Shown in pieces: positions 30,171 to 39,092 of a stretch of 64,000 nt of DNA. Position 1 is the stretch's first letter. Each line of letters starts with the position of its first letter. Source of the stretch: a virus; IMG/VR virus record IMGVR_UViG_3300028392_000038, positions 32,001-96,000 of that record; one strand, given 5' to 3'. The notes under the pieces are model-generated. The model ran no database searches. It saw only the letters and a list, made by a program, of their open reading frames with translations, and was not told where the DNA came from. The translations under genes and the position numbers were made by a program.

Positions 30171-31250
30171 ATGAAAGTAAACACCTCTCCAGTAACTTAT
30201 TCATCCATCGTTGAGATTGGAGAATTAGCAGCAAAATTAGAAAAAGAAACCGGTGACAAATATCTTAAACTTCATCGTGGAGTTATGGATGTCACAACAA
30301 TAGACTTGAACTCGTTTTCTCAAAAAATTGATTTCAATCAAAAGAAAATCCAACAATATGGTGGCAATGATGGTGATGCCAACCTTATTGAAACTATAAA
30401 AGATAAATTTCATCTTAAAGACCATTATGTAATGACTGTTCCTGGTGGAATGGCTACATTAGACGTAGTTATCAACTCACTATCAGATAAAACATTCTGG
30501 GTTCCTAAATATCATTGGGGTTCTTGGAATAAGATTCTTACTATTCACGGTAAAGACATCAAAACATTTAATGACTTTGATATTAGAAATGCTGCAGTTG
30601 GTGAAGGTGTTGTAATGTTATGTTACCCTTCAAATCCAACAGGTTATGCTCCTAAATTTGAAGACTTAAAAGCATTTGCTGATGTTTGTAAAGAAAGAAA
30701 TCAAACTCTTATTCTAGACTTACCATACTATTACTTATTCAATGAAATGTCTGATAAAATCTATGAACTTTATTCAGATAATGTTATTGTTATTTCTTCA
30801 TTTTCTAAATCAGTTGGTTTATCGGGATTAAGAGTTGGTTATATCGCTACTAAGAATAAAGAATTATATGATACTATGAAGATTCGTTCTTTATATAAGT
30901 ATAACTCTATCTCAACAATTCCTCAAGAAATTATCAATCAGTTACTTACTTCTAATCAAGGTCAAACGGCATTTGATAATTACAGAATGAAAACAAAAGA
31001 ACATGTTACAAAGAACATTCAATATTTATCAGAGAATGGTTTGTTATTTGATGAATATACGGATATTCCAACCGGTCCATTTGCTATTATCAATAAAACT
31101 TTTGATGAATTACTTTCAGTTAAAATTTCAAGTGTTCCCCTAAATAAATTCACATTCAAAAATACTGAAGAACATTTAAAAAACTTATCAAGAATTTCTG
31201 TATCAGTAGACCATGATTTGTTTGTGGAGTATTTTGATAGACTGAAATGA
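30171..31250 (+). CDS. PLP-dependent aminotransferase, class I/II
   Basis: PSNPTG, ILDLPY, SFSKSVGLSGLRVG (PLP lysine), terminal R. Confidence 0.9.
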   Translation: MKVNTSPVTYSSIVEIGELAAKLEKETGDKYLKLHRGVMDVTTIDLNSFSQKIDFNQKKIQQYGGNDGDANLIETIKDKFHLKDHYVMTVPGGMATLDVVINSLSDKTFWVPKYHWGSWNKILTIHGKDIKTFNDFDIRNAAVGEGVVMLCYPSNPTGYAPKFEDLKAFADVCKERNQTLILDLPYYYLFNEMSDKIYELYSDNVIVISSFSKSVGLSGLRVGYIATKNKELYDTMKIRSLYKYNSISTIPQEIINQLLTSNQGQTAFDNYRMKTKEHVTKNIQYLSENGLLFDEYTDIPTGPFAIINKTFDELLSVKISSVPLNKFTFKNTEEHLKNLSRISVSVDHDLFVEYFDRLK

Positions 31251-31259
31251 ATTAAAACT

Positions 31260-31291
31260 AAAAACCCTCTGATTAATCAGAGGGTTTTTTT
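31260..31291. terminator. Bidirectional intrinsic terminator
   Basis: Perfect palindrome AAAAACCCTCTGATTAATCAGAGGGTTTTT between convergent genes. Confidence 0.9.
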
Positions 31292-32060
31292 ATTTTTTAA
31301 AATTATCTGAATAGGTAAAATTAGCATTTAAGTTTGGCTGAGTAGGTTTATCATTCACAGGAACCTCAATATTTTTAAATTTTTCTTCAACTTCTTTTGG
31401 GTTACAGTATTTAGGATTCATTACTACAACCATATCATAATTCAAAGGTTCTGAGCTTAATATCTTTGGGTCTCCTGTTTTTATCCAAATATAATCACTT
31501 TCTTTGAATAAATGTTGATATACACTTTTTTTAACTTCTGGACTAGACCCGCTCTCACTTACTATATATCCAACATTTGGATCATCTAATAAAGCTCTAT
31601 AAACTTTATAACCAAAATGCTCAATGTCTAATGTCGGTAGATTTTCACCTTTTGAACCTTCAAATCCTGTTTCTTGATTTGGTTCGTATTTTTGACCACC
31701 TGGTTTTTTCCCATGATACCAATGTATTTGATTTTTAGGAGTCAATATAATATAGTTCATATTCTTCCAAACTTCCCAAGCAGTTGTATCAGCAGTCCAT
31801 TCATACTTAGTGTATTGATTATCGCGGTTAGTCTCTAATCCTTTGTACCAGAATGATTGCATAGAACCAGGTTCACCCATTTTATGATCTTTCATTTTTT
31901 TCATAACACTGATACCTTCCTCGTCATTAAAAAATATATCAAAAGATTTTGCACCAGGTTCACTTACACCACGTTTATCTTTTGATAACAAAACAGATAC
32001 CTCCTTATATTTAGCTTCTGTAATTAATATAAATTGTTCATATAACTTTAAGTATTTCAT
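31290..32060 (-). CDS. Hypothetical protein
   Basis: Leader MKYLKLYEQFILITE. Confidence 0.7.
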   Translation of the reverse strand: MKYLKLYEQFILITEAKYKEVSVLLSKDKRGVSEPGAKSFDIFFNDEEGISVMKKMKDHKMGEPGSMQSFWYKGLETNRDNQYTKYEWTADTTAWEVWKNMNYIILTPKNQIHWYHGKKPGGQKYEPNQETGFEGSKGENLPTLDIEHFGYKVYRALLDDPNVGYIVSESGSSPEVKKSVYQHLFKESDYIWIKTGDPKILSSEPLNYDMVVVMNPKYCNPKEVEEKFKNIEVPVNDKPTQPNLNANFTYSDNFKK

Positions 32061-32062
32061 CA

Positions 32063-32452
32063 CTACTTTTTCTTTTTTCTTGCCTTAGCAGCCTTCGCTT
32101 TAGTCCATAGGTTAGCATCTGCTTTTCTAGCACCACCAGCGCCAGTAATAAATGAATTTACTCTTCCAAAGGCCCATTGATGTTGAGCCACACCAGGTCT
32201 ATGACCAGCGTTCCAAGCTTGCATTCCTTTAGCAAAAACTTTTCTTAAAATCCCCATAGGAATTCCAGATGCCTTTGATTTTTTACGAAGAGAAGCAGTA
32301 ACTCCTGATTTTTTATTTTCATATAACTCATCGGTTTCATCTAAATCATCAACCATTTCATTTGTGAAATCATTTGTTAATTCATAATCTTCGCTTTCAA
32401 GATAAACTGAAAAATCTTCAGTTAAATCTGTAAAATTCAATAAGTGTTTCAT
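32063..32452 (-). CDS. DUF5824-like basic domain protein
   Basis: KSKASGIP.GILRKVF.KG..AW..GHRPG...QWAFGRVNSF. Confidence 0.6.
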   Translation of the reverse strand: MKHLLNFTDLTEDFSVYLESEDYELTNDFTNEMVDDLDETDELYENKKSGVTASLRKKSKASGIPMGILRKVFAKGMQAWNAGHRPGVAQHQWAFGRVNSFITGAGGARKADANLWTKAKAAKARKKKK

Positions 32453-32458
32453 AATATA

Positions 32459-33379
32459 TTAATCTTTTTTTCCAAACATTCTTTGGTAGGCTTTAGTTGC
32501 TGCGGACTTTTTAGTTTTAACTCTTTTCCCTTCACCACCTTTACCAGATGTGTAATCAGCATCCCAATCTTTTTTGTATTCTTTCTTGCCAACAAATCTA
32601 TCAATTTCTTTTTTCATTTTACCTGGATTTTTAGTTAGATACTTACCAGGTATTTTACGACCCTTATATCTCTGTGACTTAACTCGTTCTTCTACAATCT
32701 CTTCATCTTCTTTCCAATTAAAATTTCTCCTTAAATAATTGAACGCCGTATCATAAGCATTTAAAACTTGCATTGGCTCAGTTCCATATTTACTCATAAT
32801 TTTATCACCAACTCTTATAACCTCTTTAATTACCCATTCTTTCCAAGACTTATCATCTTCTCCAAATAAAATAGTATCAATTACTAAATCTATTGTTTCT
32901 TTATCAAACATGGAAAGATCTTTCTCCATATCTTCTATAATACCATCGGTATCTGCCGTGTTATCCATAACACCAATTTTAGAAAAACTTACAATTCTTT
33001 TAATGACATCTTCAGCCTCTGATTCTTTTATAGAAGAACTATACTCACTTGATTCAGAAACACCTAATATCATTTGAATATCTTTTTCAATCATATCTAA
33101 CCCTTCATCAATTGATTCAACATCTTCTGTAAAATCTATAGTTTCACCAACTACTTTTGTTAGTATTAAATCATCTATGTCAAACTCATATCTAATTGAT
33201 AACTCACCTGTTGAAAAGTTAACTAGTAACTGATGGTCATTTTTATTTTCCCACTCATAGATAAAATTCTGACCAGATGAAATACCTTCAACAAGGTCTT
33301 TTAATTCTTGCATTTTAACATCTATGATGCTATCATTCTCAACAAACTCTCTTATAAATTGATCCCACTTTTTTATCAT
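32459..33379 (-). CDS. Hypothetical acidic protein with basic tail
   Basis: Start moved to ATG 33379 (MIKKWDQFIRE), 5 nt after TAATATATA. Confidence 0.7.
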   Translation of the reverse strand: MIKKWDQFIREFVENDSIIDVKMQELKDLVEGISSGQNFIYEWENKNDHQLLVNFSTGELSIRYEFDIDDLILTKVVGETIDFTEDVESIDEGLDMIEKDIQMILGVSESSEYSSSIKESEAEDVIKRIVSFSKIGVMDNTADTDGIIEDMEKDLSMFDKETIDLVIDTILFGEDDKSWKEWVIKEVIRVGDKIMSKYGTEPMQVLNAYDTAFNYLRRNFNWKEDEEIVEERVKSQRYKGRKIPGKYLTKNPGKMKKEIDRFVGKKEYKKDWDADYTSGKGGEGKRVKTKKSAATKAYQRMFGKKD

Positions 33380-33447
33380 AGGTTTATATATTAAATAAAC
33401 AAAATCTATTTTTTTCAATATATCATGTAGTAAAAACTATACCAAAA

Positions 33448-34230
33448 ATGGCAAATAAAGTTAAGTTCAAAATTAAATCTGAAAAATTCACAGACTTCAT
33501 CTCTAAGCTAGATGATCTAACCAAGATAGAAGATACTATCAAATTAAAAATTGATAATGATAATATCTTAATGTACTCTATGATGGGTGGTAATGTGATG
33601 CTAGCATTCAAAAACTATCTAATAAACACAAGAGATTACTTTGACTATACTGATGATTTAGAATACTCAATTGATATTATTATCGCTAATGCTAAAAAGT
33701 TTGTGAAAAATCTTAACTTCATTAAAGACTCTGATAAAGTTACTATGGAGATTTCTTATAAAGAATCACCAGATGATGAAAATATTATGAATGGTAGATC
33801 CTTACAAGTTGTTGGTGGTAAGTTAAAAGTAAATTGGATGGCAGCTGAGCATTTTGAAATGAGAGATATTAACAAAGTAGCTCTTAAACAAAGATTAGAT
33901 TTAAAAGGTAGAAAGTGGAACTTCTCAATTAGTAAGTCAGATTTTTCAGATGTTAAGAAATTATCTAATATTAATGGTGAAAGAATTATCAATATCAATA
34001 TTATAGATGGTAAAGTACTTCTATCAGAAAATGCTGCCTGGGAATTAGAAATAGATTCAATTGATGTAGATAGAAATGCAAATCTAATGTTAAACAAGAA
34101 ATTCCTTTCTTGTATTAGTGATGAAATGGAGAATATAGAATTTAATATATTTGAAACATTTATGTTAATCAAAGATGATATATCAAATTTGATGCTTTCG
34201 TTCGAACAAGATTTCTCAGAAGATGAATAA
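33448..34230 (+). CDS. Putative sliding clamp (gp45/PCNA-like)
   Basis: 260 aa, two-fold repeated beta-alpha-beta pattern, acidic tail, near polB; weak by-eye similarity only. Confidence 0.5.
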   Translation: MANKVKFKIKSEKFTDFISKLDDLTKIEDTIKLKIDNDNILMYSMMGGNVMLAFKNYLINTRDYFDYTDDLEYSIDIIIANAKKFVKNLNFIKDSDKVTMEISYKESPDDENIMNGRSLQVVGGKLKVNWMAAEHFEMRDINKVALKQRLDLKGRKWNFSISKSDFSDVKKLSNINGERIININIIDGKVLLSENAAWELEIDSIDVDRNANLMLNKKFLSCISDEMENIEFNIFETFMLIKDDISNLMLSFEQDFSEDE

Positions 34231-34238
34231 TTTTTCCT

Positions 34239-34248
34239 TATATTTGTA
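34239..34248 (+). promoter_or_regulatory. Bacteroidota-type -7 promoter TATATTTGTA
   Basis: Directly before ATG 34251. Confidence 0.7.
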
Positions 34249-34250
34249 TA

Positions 34251-34664
34251 ATGAATTCAGAAGACGCTTTTTACAAAAATAAATTTTTATTAGTAGAACA
34301 CAATGCTCAATTATTATATGATGATTCCAACCACAATATCAAAGAAGTAAGAAGAATAAGATTAATATATGATCACAGATCATGTATCATGTATCTTGAT
34401 GAGAGATTTAATGATTTAGAATTTCGAGGATTCAGCGGCAGGTTGAGCCCCAATAAAACAGTTGAGATATTTTTTAAAAATAGAGAAGATAAATTAATTG
34501 ACTATCTAAAAGATAAATATCAAGAATTAAAAAATTCAGACTTTAGATATAAAAGAGGTGATGGATATGAAGGTGATAAAACATTATACTTAGAAGACTT
34601 TATAGAATATCTAAAAATAGAAAACAGAGATAAAAAAATTGAAAAAATATTAGAAAATGAATAG
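34251..34664 (+). CDS. Hypothetical protein
   Basis: C-terminal NRDKKIEKILE. Confidence 0.65.
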   Translation: MNSEDAFYKNKFLLVEHNAQLLYDDSNHNIKEVRRIRLIYDHRSCIMYLDERFNDLEFRGFSGRLSPNKTVEIFFKNREDKLIDYLKDKYQELKNSDFRYKRGDGYEGDKTLYLEDFIEYLKIENRDKKIEKILENE

Positions 34665-35010
34665 AAAAGAAAGAGTTGATTTAAATAGAGCTAGAAGAAG
34701 AGTAGCTTGTTTATTTTTATTTTTAATGTGCTCACTTTATTGGATTAAAGGATTATATGAGGATATAGACTCTATTAAAGTAGATAAATCATTTATACAA
34801 ATCTCAATTAATAATAAAGATACTACTATATCTAGATTGACTAAAAAGATAGATTCTCTTAAGGAATTAACTAAACCTATAGAAGTTGTTCTTCCACCAA
34901 AACCAAAATGGATTAAAAAAGACACAACACATGTTTTTGATAGTTTGAAAATTAAAATAAATCCAGATACTATTGAGTTAAAACCAGATACATTAAACAC
35001 CTCTAATTAG
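34657..35010 (+). CDS. Single-TM membrane protein
   Basis: Basic N-terminus, TM segment, coiled coil, Pro-rich tail. Confidence 0.6.
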   Translation: MNRKERVDLNRARRRVACLFLFLMCSLYWIKGLYEDIDSIKVDKSFIQISINNKDTTISRLTKKIDSLKELTKPIEVVLPPKPKWIKKDTTHVFDSLKIKINPDTIELKPDTLNTSN

Positions 35011-35020
35011 AGGGGTTTTT
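34995..35020 (+). terminator. Intrinsic terminator
   Basis: CCTCTAATTAGAGG hairpin followed by TTTTT. Confidence 0.65.
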
Positions 35021-35063
35021 ATTTTAAATCATTAAACTTTTTTTAATAGATATTATACAAATC

Positions 35064-35582
35064 ATGATTTTGAAAGAAAAAAGAAAACATAAAATAAACG
35101 GAGAAGTTCGCTTTCCTCAAGTTAGAGTTATAGGTGATGATGAACCAATACTGATGAGTTCATATGATGCATTTCAATTAGCCAAATCACAAAATAAAGA
35201 TATTATTTTAATAAATGAAAATCAAACAATACCTATTGTTAAAATAGAACAGTATAATAAATTCCTTTATAACTTAGAAAAATCCGAAAAAGAAAAGAAA
35301 AAGAATTCAGTAAAGTCTGTTACTAAAGAAATTCAATTAAGTCCTGAAATATCTGACAATGACCTGGGTACCAAATCCAGAAAAAGTAAAGAGTTTTTAG
35401 AAGATGGTAATAAGGTTAAAGTTGTTTTACAATTAAAAGGTAGACAAAAGGCTTCTCCAGAAAGAGGTCAAATAGTTATGCTTAAATTTTTTACATTAGT
35501 TGAAGAACTTGGTGTTGCTGAAAGTCTTCCTAAATTAGAAGGAAGTAAATGGCATATGATGATTAAGCCAAAGAAGAAGTAG
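35064..35582 (+). CDS. infC: Translation initiation factor IF-3
   Basis: ING.VRFPQVRVIG, P.VKI..Y.KFLY, KEIQLSP.I..NDL.TK..FL.DGNKVKV..KGR, PKLEG. Confidence 0.93.
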   Translation: MILKEKRKHKINGEVRFPQVRVIGDDEPILMSSYDAFQLAKSQNKDIILINENQTIPIVKIEQYNKFLYNLEKSEKEKKKNSVKSVTKEIQLSPEISDNDLGTKSRKSKEFLEDGNKVKVVLQLKGRQKASPERGQIVMLKFFTLVEELGVAESLPKLEGSKWHMMIKPKKK

Positions 35583-35625
35583 ATTTTAATTTCAAAACTT
35601 TCTTTTTTTATTTTATATAAAATGT

Positions 35626-37103
35626 ATGACTAAAGAAGAAAAAATTAAAAAGATAGAGTCATTAAGGAAACAAGCGACAGAGTTAAAAAAAGAGGTAGAC
35701 TATTTTAATGCCCTCCAATTAGCCTTGAAGTTGGTACTTAATGGTTCTTATTTTTTACCCCCTATTTTGAAAAGAATAGGGGGGAAGATTAAGGAGCATT
35801 TGCAACAAGCTACTTCATATTATATAATAATCACGTAGCAGGTACAATCACAGCACAAGGCCGTGACCTTACCAAAACAATGGATAAGGTTAATGAAGAC
35901 TATTGGTATAATCAATGGCAAAATGACCATGAACTTCACTATAAAATGGGTATTAAAAACATAACACCTATTTCAAAAGATGAACATGTTTCTATTTATG
36001 CTGATACAGATTCATTATTTGTTTCATTCAAACCAGCAGTAGATCATTGTGACTGGACCAATCTTATATTCAATGATGATTATCTTAATTCAGTAGATAA
36101 AAAGTTCATCATCCTTTCTAAAGAACTTCCAAAATTCAACAATACTAATTGTGTAGGAACTGCGCATAATATTAAAGAGTTTAGTGAACTATTAAACGCA
36201 GAACATGAGTTAGTTTTAATATGTGGTAACTTTGTTAAAGATAGAGATTTAGTAAAGATGATTAAATCTGGTTCTGTAAAGAATGAGATAAAATGGAATT
36301 GGTCTAATGAAATAGATTTCATACAAGGATTAGACCATTATAGATATGGTGGTTATTTTAAAAAGTGTTTAGAAGATTATGCTGGATCTTTTGGTGTAGA
36401 GAACAAAGAAGACTTTGAGTTAGAAAGAATATCAGAATCTATTATCAATATTGCTAAAAAGAAATACATTCAACATATCTTATTTGAAGATGGTATTCCT
36501 TATGATAGATTAAGTTATATCTATCCTAAAGGTGTAGAACTTGTTAGGTCATCTACTCCAGCTTTTGCTAGAGATAAAATTGTTGGTATTGTTAAATATT
36601 TATTCACACATCCTGATACTTTTAATATTAAAGATTTACTAAAACTAGTTAAAGGACTAAGAAAAGAATTTGAATTGGCGGATATAGATGATATTTGTAT
36701 GCAATCTTCTGTTTCTAACTATGAAATAAAAGTTCTTAATGATAAGTCATTGCCTTTAAACTTTATAAGTGGTGCTCACTTTGCGGTTAAGTCAGCAGCT
36801 CATCATAACTATCTTTTACTAAAGAGTAAAGAATATCAACAGAAATATGAGTTTATAAAATCAGGTAATAAGATTAAATATTATTGTTGTAAAGATAAAT
36901 CTATAACTGATATGTTTGCTTATACTCGTGGTTCTTTTCCGGTTGAGTTTGCTCCACCTATTGATTATGATGAACAGTTCTCTAAGTCTATCTTATCTCC
37001 TATCAATTCAATTATTGAACCATTAGGAATGCCTGAGATTACTAAAAGGTTGTCGGTGGTGATGGATATTTTCTCAGGTATGGGTGGAAAAGGAGCTTTT
37101 TAA
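35626..37103 (+). CDS. Family B DNA polymerase, C-terminal subunit (gp43B-like), interrupted by a 41-nt insertion
   Basis: 35626-35751 ends QLALKLVLNGSY; frame resumes at 35793 GAFATSYFILYNNHVAGTITAQGR, then YADTDS (motif C), AKKKY, KGVELVRSSTP; no exonuclease domain or motif A in the window. Confidence 0.88.
35752..35792 (+). other. 41-nt hairpin insertion (coding gap) in PolB motif B
   Basis: TTTTTACCCCCTATTTT-GAAA-AGAATAGGGGGGAAGATTAA; removing it restores TAT GGA (YG). Confidence 0.85.
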
Positions 37104-37906
37104 TCTTCTTTATAAACAAAGTTTTTATCCGGTATTAAATAATAATTAACTCCATTTTCATCTAATTGAGTTTTGATATCTTTTCCTTTGAAAATCCAAT
37201 TACCTAGTTTTTTATTCACATCTGATATTAAAACTAAGTAGTGTGTTTTGATTTCTGTAAAATAACCGCTTATATAAACTTTATAAAATTCACCTTCTTT
37301 ATTAATAGAAGAAAGTGTTTTTGTTTGTATAGTGTATGTATTTCCTTTATAGTTAAAAGTACCATCAATACCAGCGATATCAACTTTATGAGAAGATGGT
37401 TTATCAATTGATATATCTGTTTTAAGTATTTGAGTTGCGAACTTAGAGAAAAATGTATTTGCTATTTCTTCTTGTGATTGACCTTTATCAGATGCTCCTT
37501 CTAAAGTTTTATAGATTCTCTCAAACCATTTCCCACCTGGTTCAAATAGTTTTAACTTATTAGTCTCAATCCAATCAATCATACTATCTGGTGTTGAAAA
37601 TGTAGATCGCCCGTTATCAATTTCATTAGCTATCTTAATCATTTCCCAAAGTATAGCAATGTTCTTTTGAGCTTTTGTTAATAATTCAGCTCTAACTTCT
37701 CTTCCGTTACGGATTAGAATTTCATTACCACTGAAACTACCATAAATATCTCTTAATATTCTTTTAATAGCTAGTTCTTTTTTCTCTGCTTTTTCTTCAG
37801 TGAATAAGATAGGTTTACCCGCCATAAATAACTTAACTGGCTTATATGAAGCTTTGTACTTATCTTGGTAAGCCTCATTTATAAAATTTGAATACTTTTT
37901 AATCAT
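37100..37906 (-). CDS. Hypothetical protein, possible PD-(D/E)xK fold
   Basis: G..QEE...DIAGIDG..IQTK; leader MIKKYSNFINE. Confidence 0.6.
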   Translation of the reverse strand: MIKKYSNFINEAYQDKYKASYKPVKLFMAGKPILFTEEKAEKKELAIKRILRDIYGSFSGNEILIRNGREVRAELLTKAQKNIAILWEMIKIANEIDNGRSTFSTPDSMIDWIETNKLKLFEPGGKWFERIYKTLEGASDKGQSQEEIANTFFSKFATQILKTDISIDKPSSHKVDIAGIDGTFNYKGNTYTIQTKTLSSINKEGEFYKVYISGYFTEIKTHYLVLISDVNKKLGNWIFKGKDIKTQLDENGVNYYLIPDKNFVYKED

Positions 37907-37937
37907 GATGTATATATAAAATAAGGATATATAAATT

Positions 37938-38168
37938 ATGAAAAATGATGAATTATATCCAGAATTTATTACTTATTTAGATAGTCAAGTAAATGAAGGA
38001 AGAATTAGTAGAAATAAGTTTGCTCTTTTGAAAATAAGTCATTCTTATTTTCAAACATTTAAAACAAAGTTTGAAATAGATGAACTTTTTAGAGAAAGAG
38101 TTATAAAACTACATAAATCCGAGATAAGGGATAGAAAAATTGATGATATATTAGATGATATTGATTGA
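37938..38168 (+). CDS. Hypothetical protein
   Basis: C-terminal IRDRKIDDILD. Confidence 0.65.
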   Translation: MKNDELYPEFITYLDSQVNEGRISRNKFALLKISHSYFQTFKTKFEIDELFRERVIKLHKSEIRDRKIDDILDDID

Positions 38169-38547
38169 TGAAACAATTATAGATAATATAGAGGTTGGTT
38201 TCTATGACGGAATGGATATTGATAAACTTTTAAATCATCCAAAAGATGGATCTAATGGTTTTATTTACTGTTTCATAGAGAATTGGATAAATGAAATTAA
38301 ATCATATAATAGACAAAGAAAAATATCATCAGTGATTGATGGTGTTGTATATGAGGAATTTGAATGGGATAATATAAATAATAATTATATATGTGTTTAT
38401 CAAACAGAGGGTATGTTGATTAAAGATGTTTACGAGACAATAAGAAAGAAGTTAGAAATAAACCGATTAGATATTCAACCTTGGATTCCAGTTAGTGGAA
38501 TAGACAAAGGAGCAATTAAGATAGAAAATAAAAAAATAGATGATTAG
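38155..38547 (+). CDS. Hypothetical protein
   Basis: Internal NRQRKISSVID. Confidence 0.6.
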   Translation: MILIDETIIDNIEVGFYDGMDIDKLLNHPKDGSNGFIYCFIENWINEIKSYNRQRKISSVIDGVVYEEFEWDNINNNYICVYQTEGMLIKDVYETIRKKLEINRLDIQPWIPVSGIDKGAIKIENKKIDD

Positions 38548-38565
38548 GAATAAATATATATCATA

Positions 38566-39042
38566 ATGATTATGAAACATCTAATGAGATATGAGGGATA
38601 TACTTCCAAAGAAAGAACTGATGATATTTTAGATAAAATATCTAAGTATGGTATTGTATCACTAACTCAAGCTGAAAAGGATTTTTTAGATTCTCATTCT
38701 TCTGGTGAAGAAGAAGATTTTCATGATAAAATAGCAAAGAAAGAACAAGAAACAGTATTTGAAGATGATAGCGGTTACTTCAAGTTTGAACACAGGGAAA
38801 CTGAAGTATTTGATGATGAAATACATTATATAGGAACTATTTATGTTCCGGATTTAGAACTACCAAATGGTAAAAGAATTGAAGGTAGATTAGATGGTAA
38901 AATAATAGTCTATAAAAGTGGACAAAACTCACCTGATTTTGAGAGAGATGATTATGATATATTTGAATTCTGTAATGGGTTGGAATATGAACTTGATAAT
39001 TTCATTGACTATGTTGTTGGTGAATTAGAAGAAAAAAACTAA
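38566..39042 (+). CDS. Hypothetical protein with N-terminal DUF6576-like motif
   Basis: TDDILDKISKYGIVSLTQAEKDFL. Confidence 0.65.
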   Translation: MIMKHLMRYEGYTSKERTDDILDKISKYGIVSLTQAEKDFLDSHSSGEEEDFHDKIAKKEQETVFEDDSGYFKFEHRETEVFDDEIHYIGTIYVPDLELPNGKRIEGRLDGKIIVYKSGQNSPDFERDDYDIFEFCNGLEYELDNFIDYVVGELEEKN

Positions 39043-39092
39043 TATTTAAATTTTAATATATATAATCTATAATAAAAAAATAATTTAATATC

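Noticed and set aside
21979-35010. Spanin pair (lipoprotein 21979 plus TM protein 34657)
   Set aside because: The genes are 12 kb apart rather than nested or adjacent, and no specific similarity supports the pairing.
35751-35792. Simple -1 frameshift at U-UUU-UUA repairing polB
   Set aside because: The -1 frame reaches TAA at 35790-35792 before the conserved Gly, and it would insert about 14 aa into motif B.
35752-35792. Group I/II intron or canonical bulge-helix-bulge intron
   Set aside because: Too short for a ribozyme core and ends in A rather than G; the BHB pairing I could build would excise 39 nt and give the wrong frame.
35836-35838. TAG stop-codon reassignment
   Set aside because: Read-through at this TAG gives non-polymerase sequence; conserved genes are intact in the standard code and several end at TAG.
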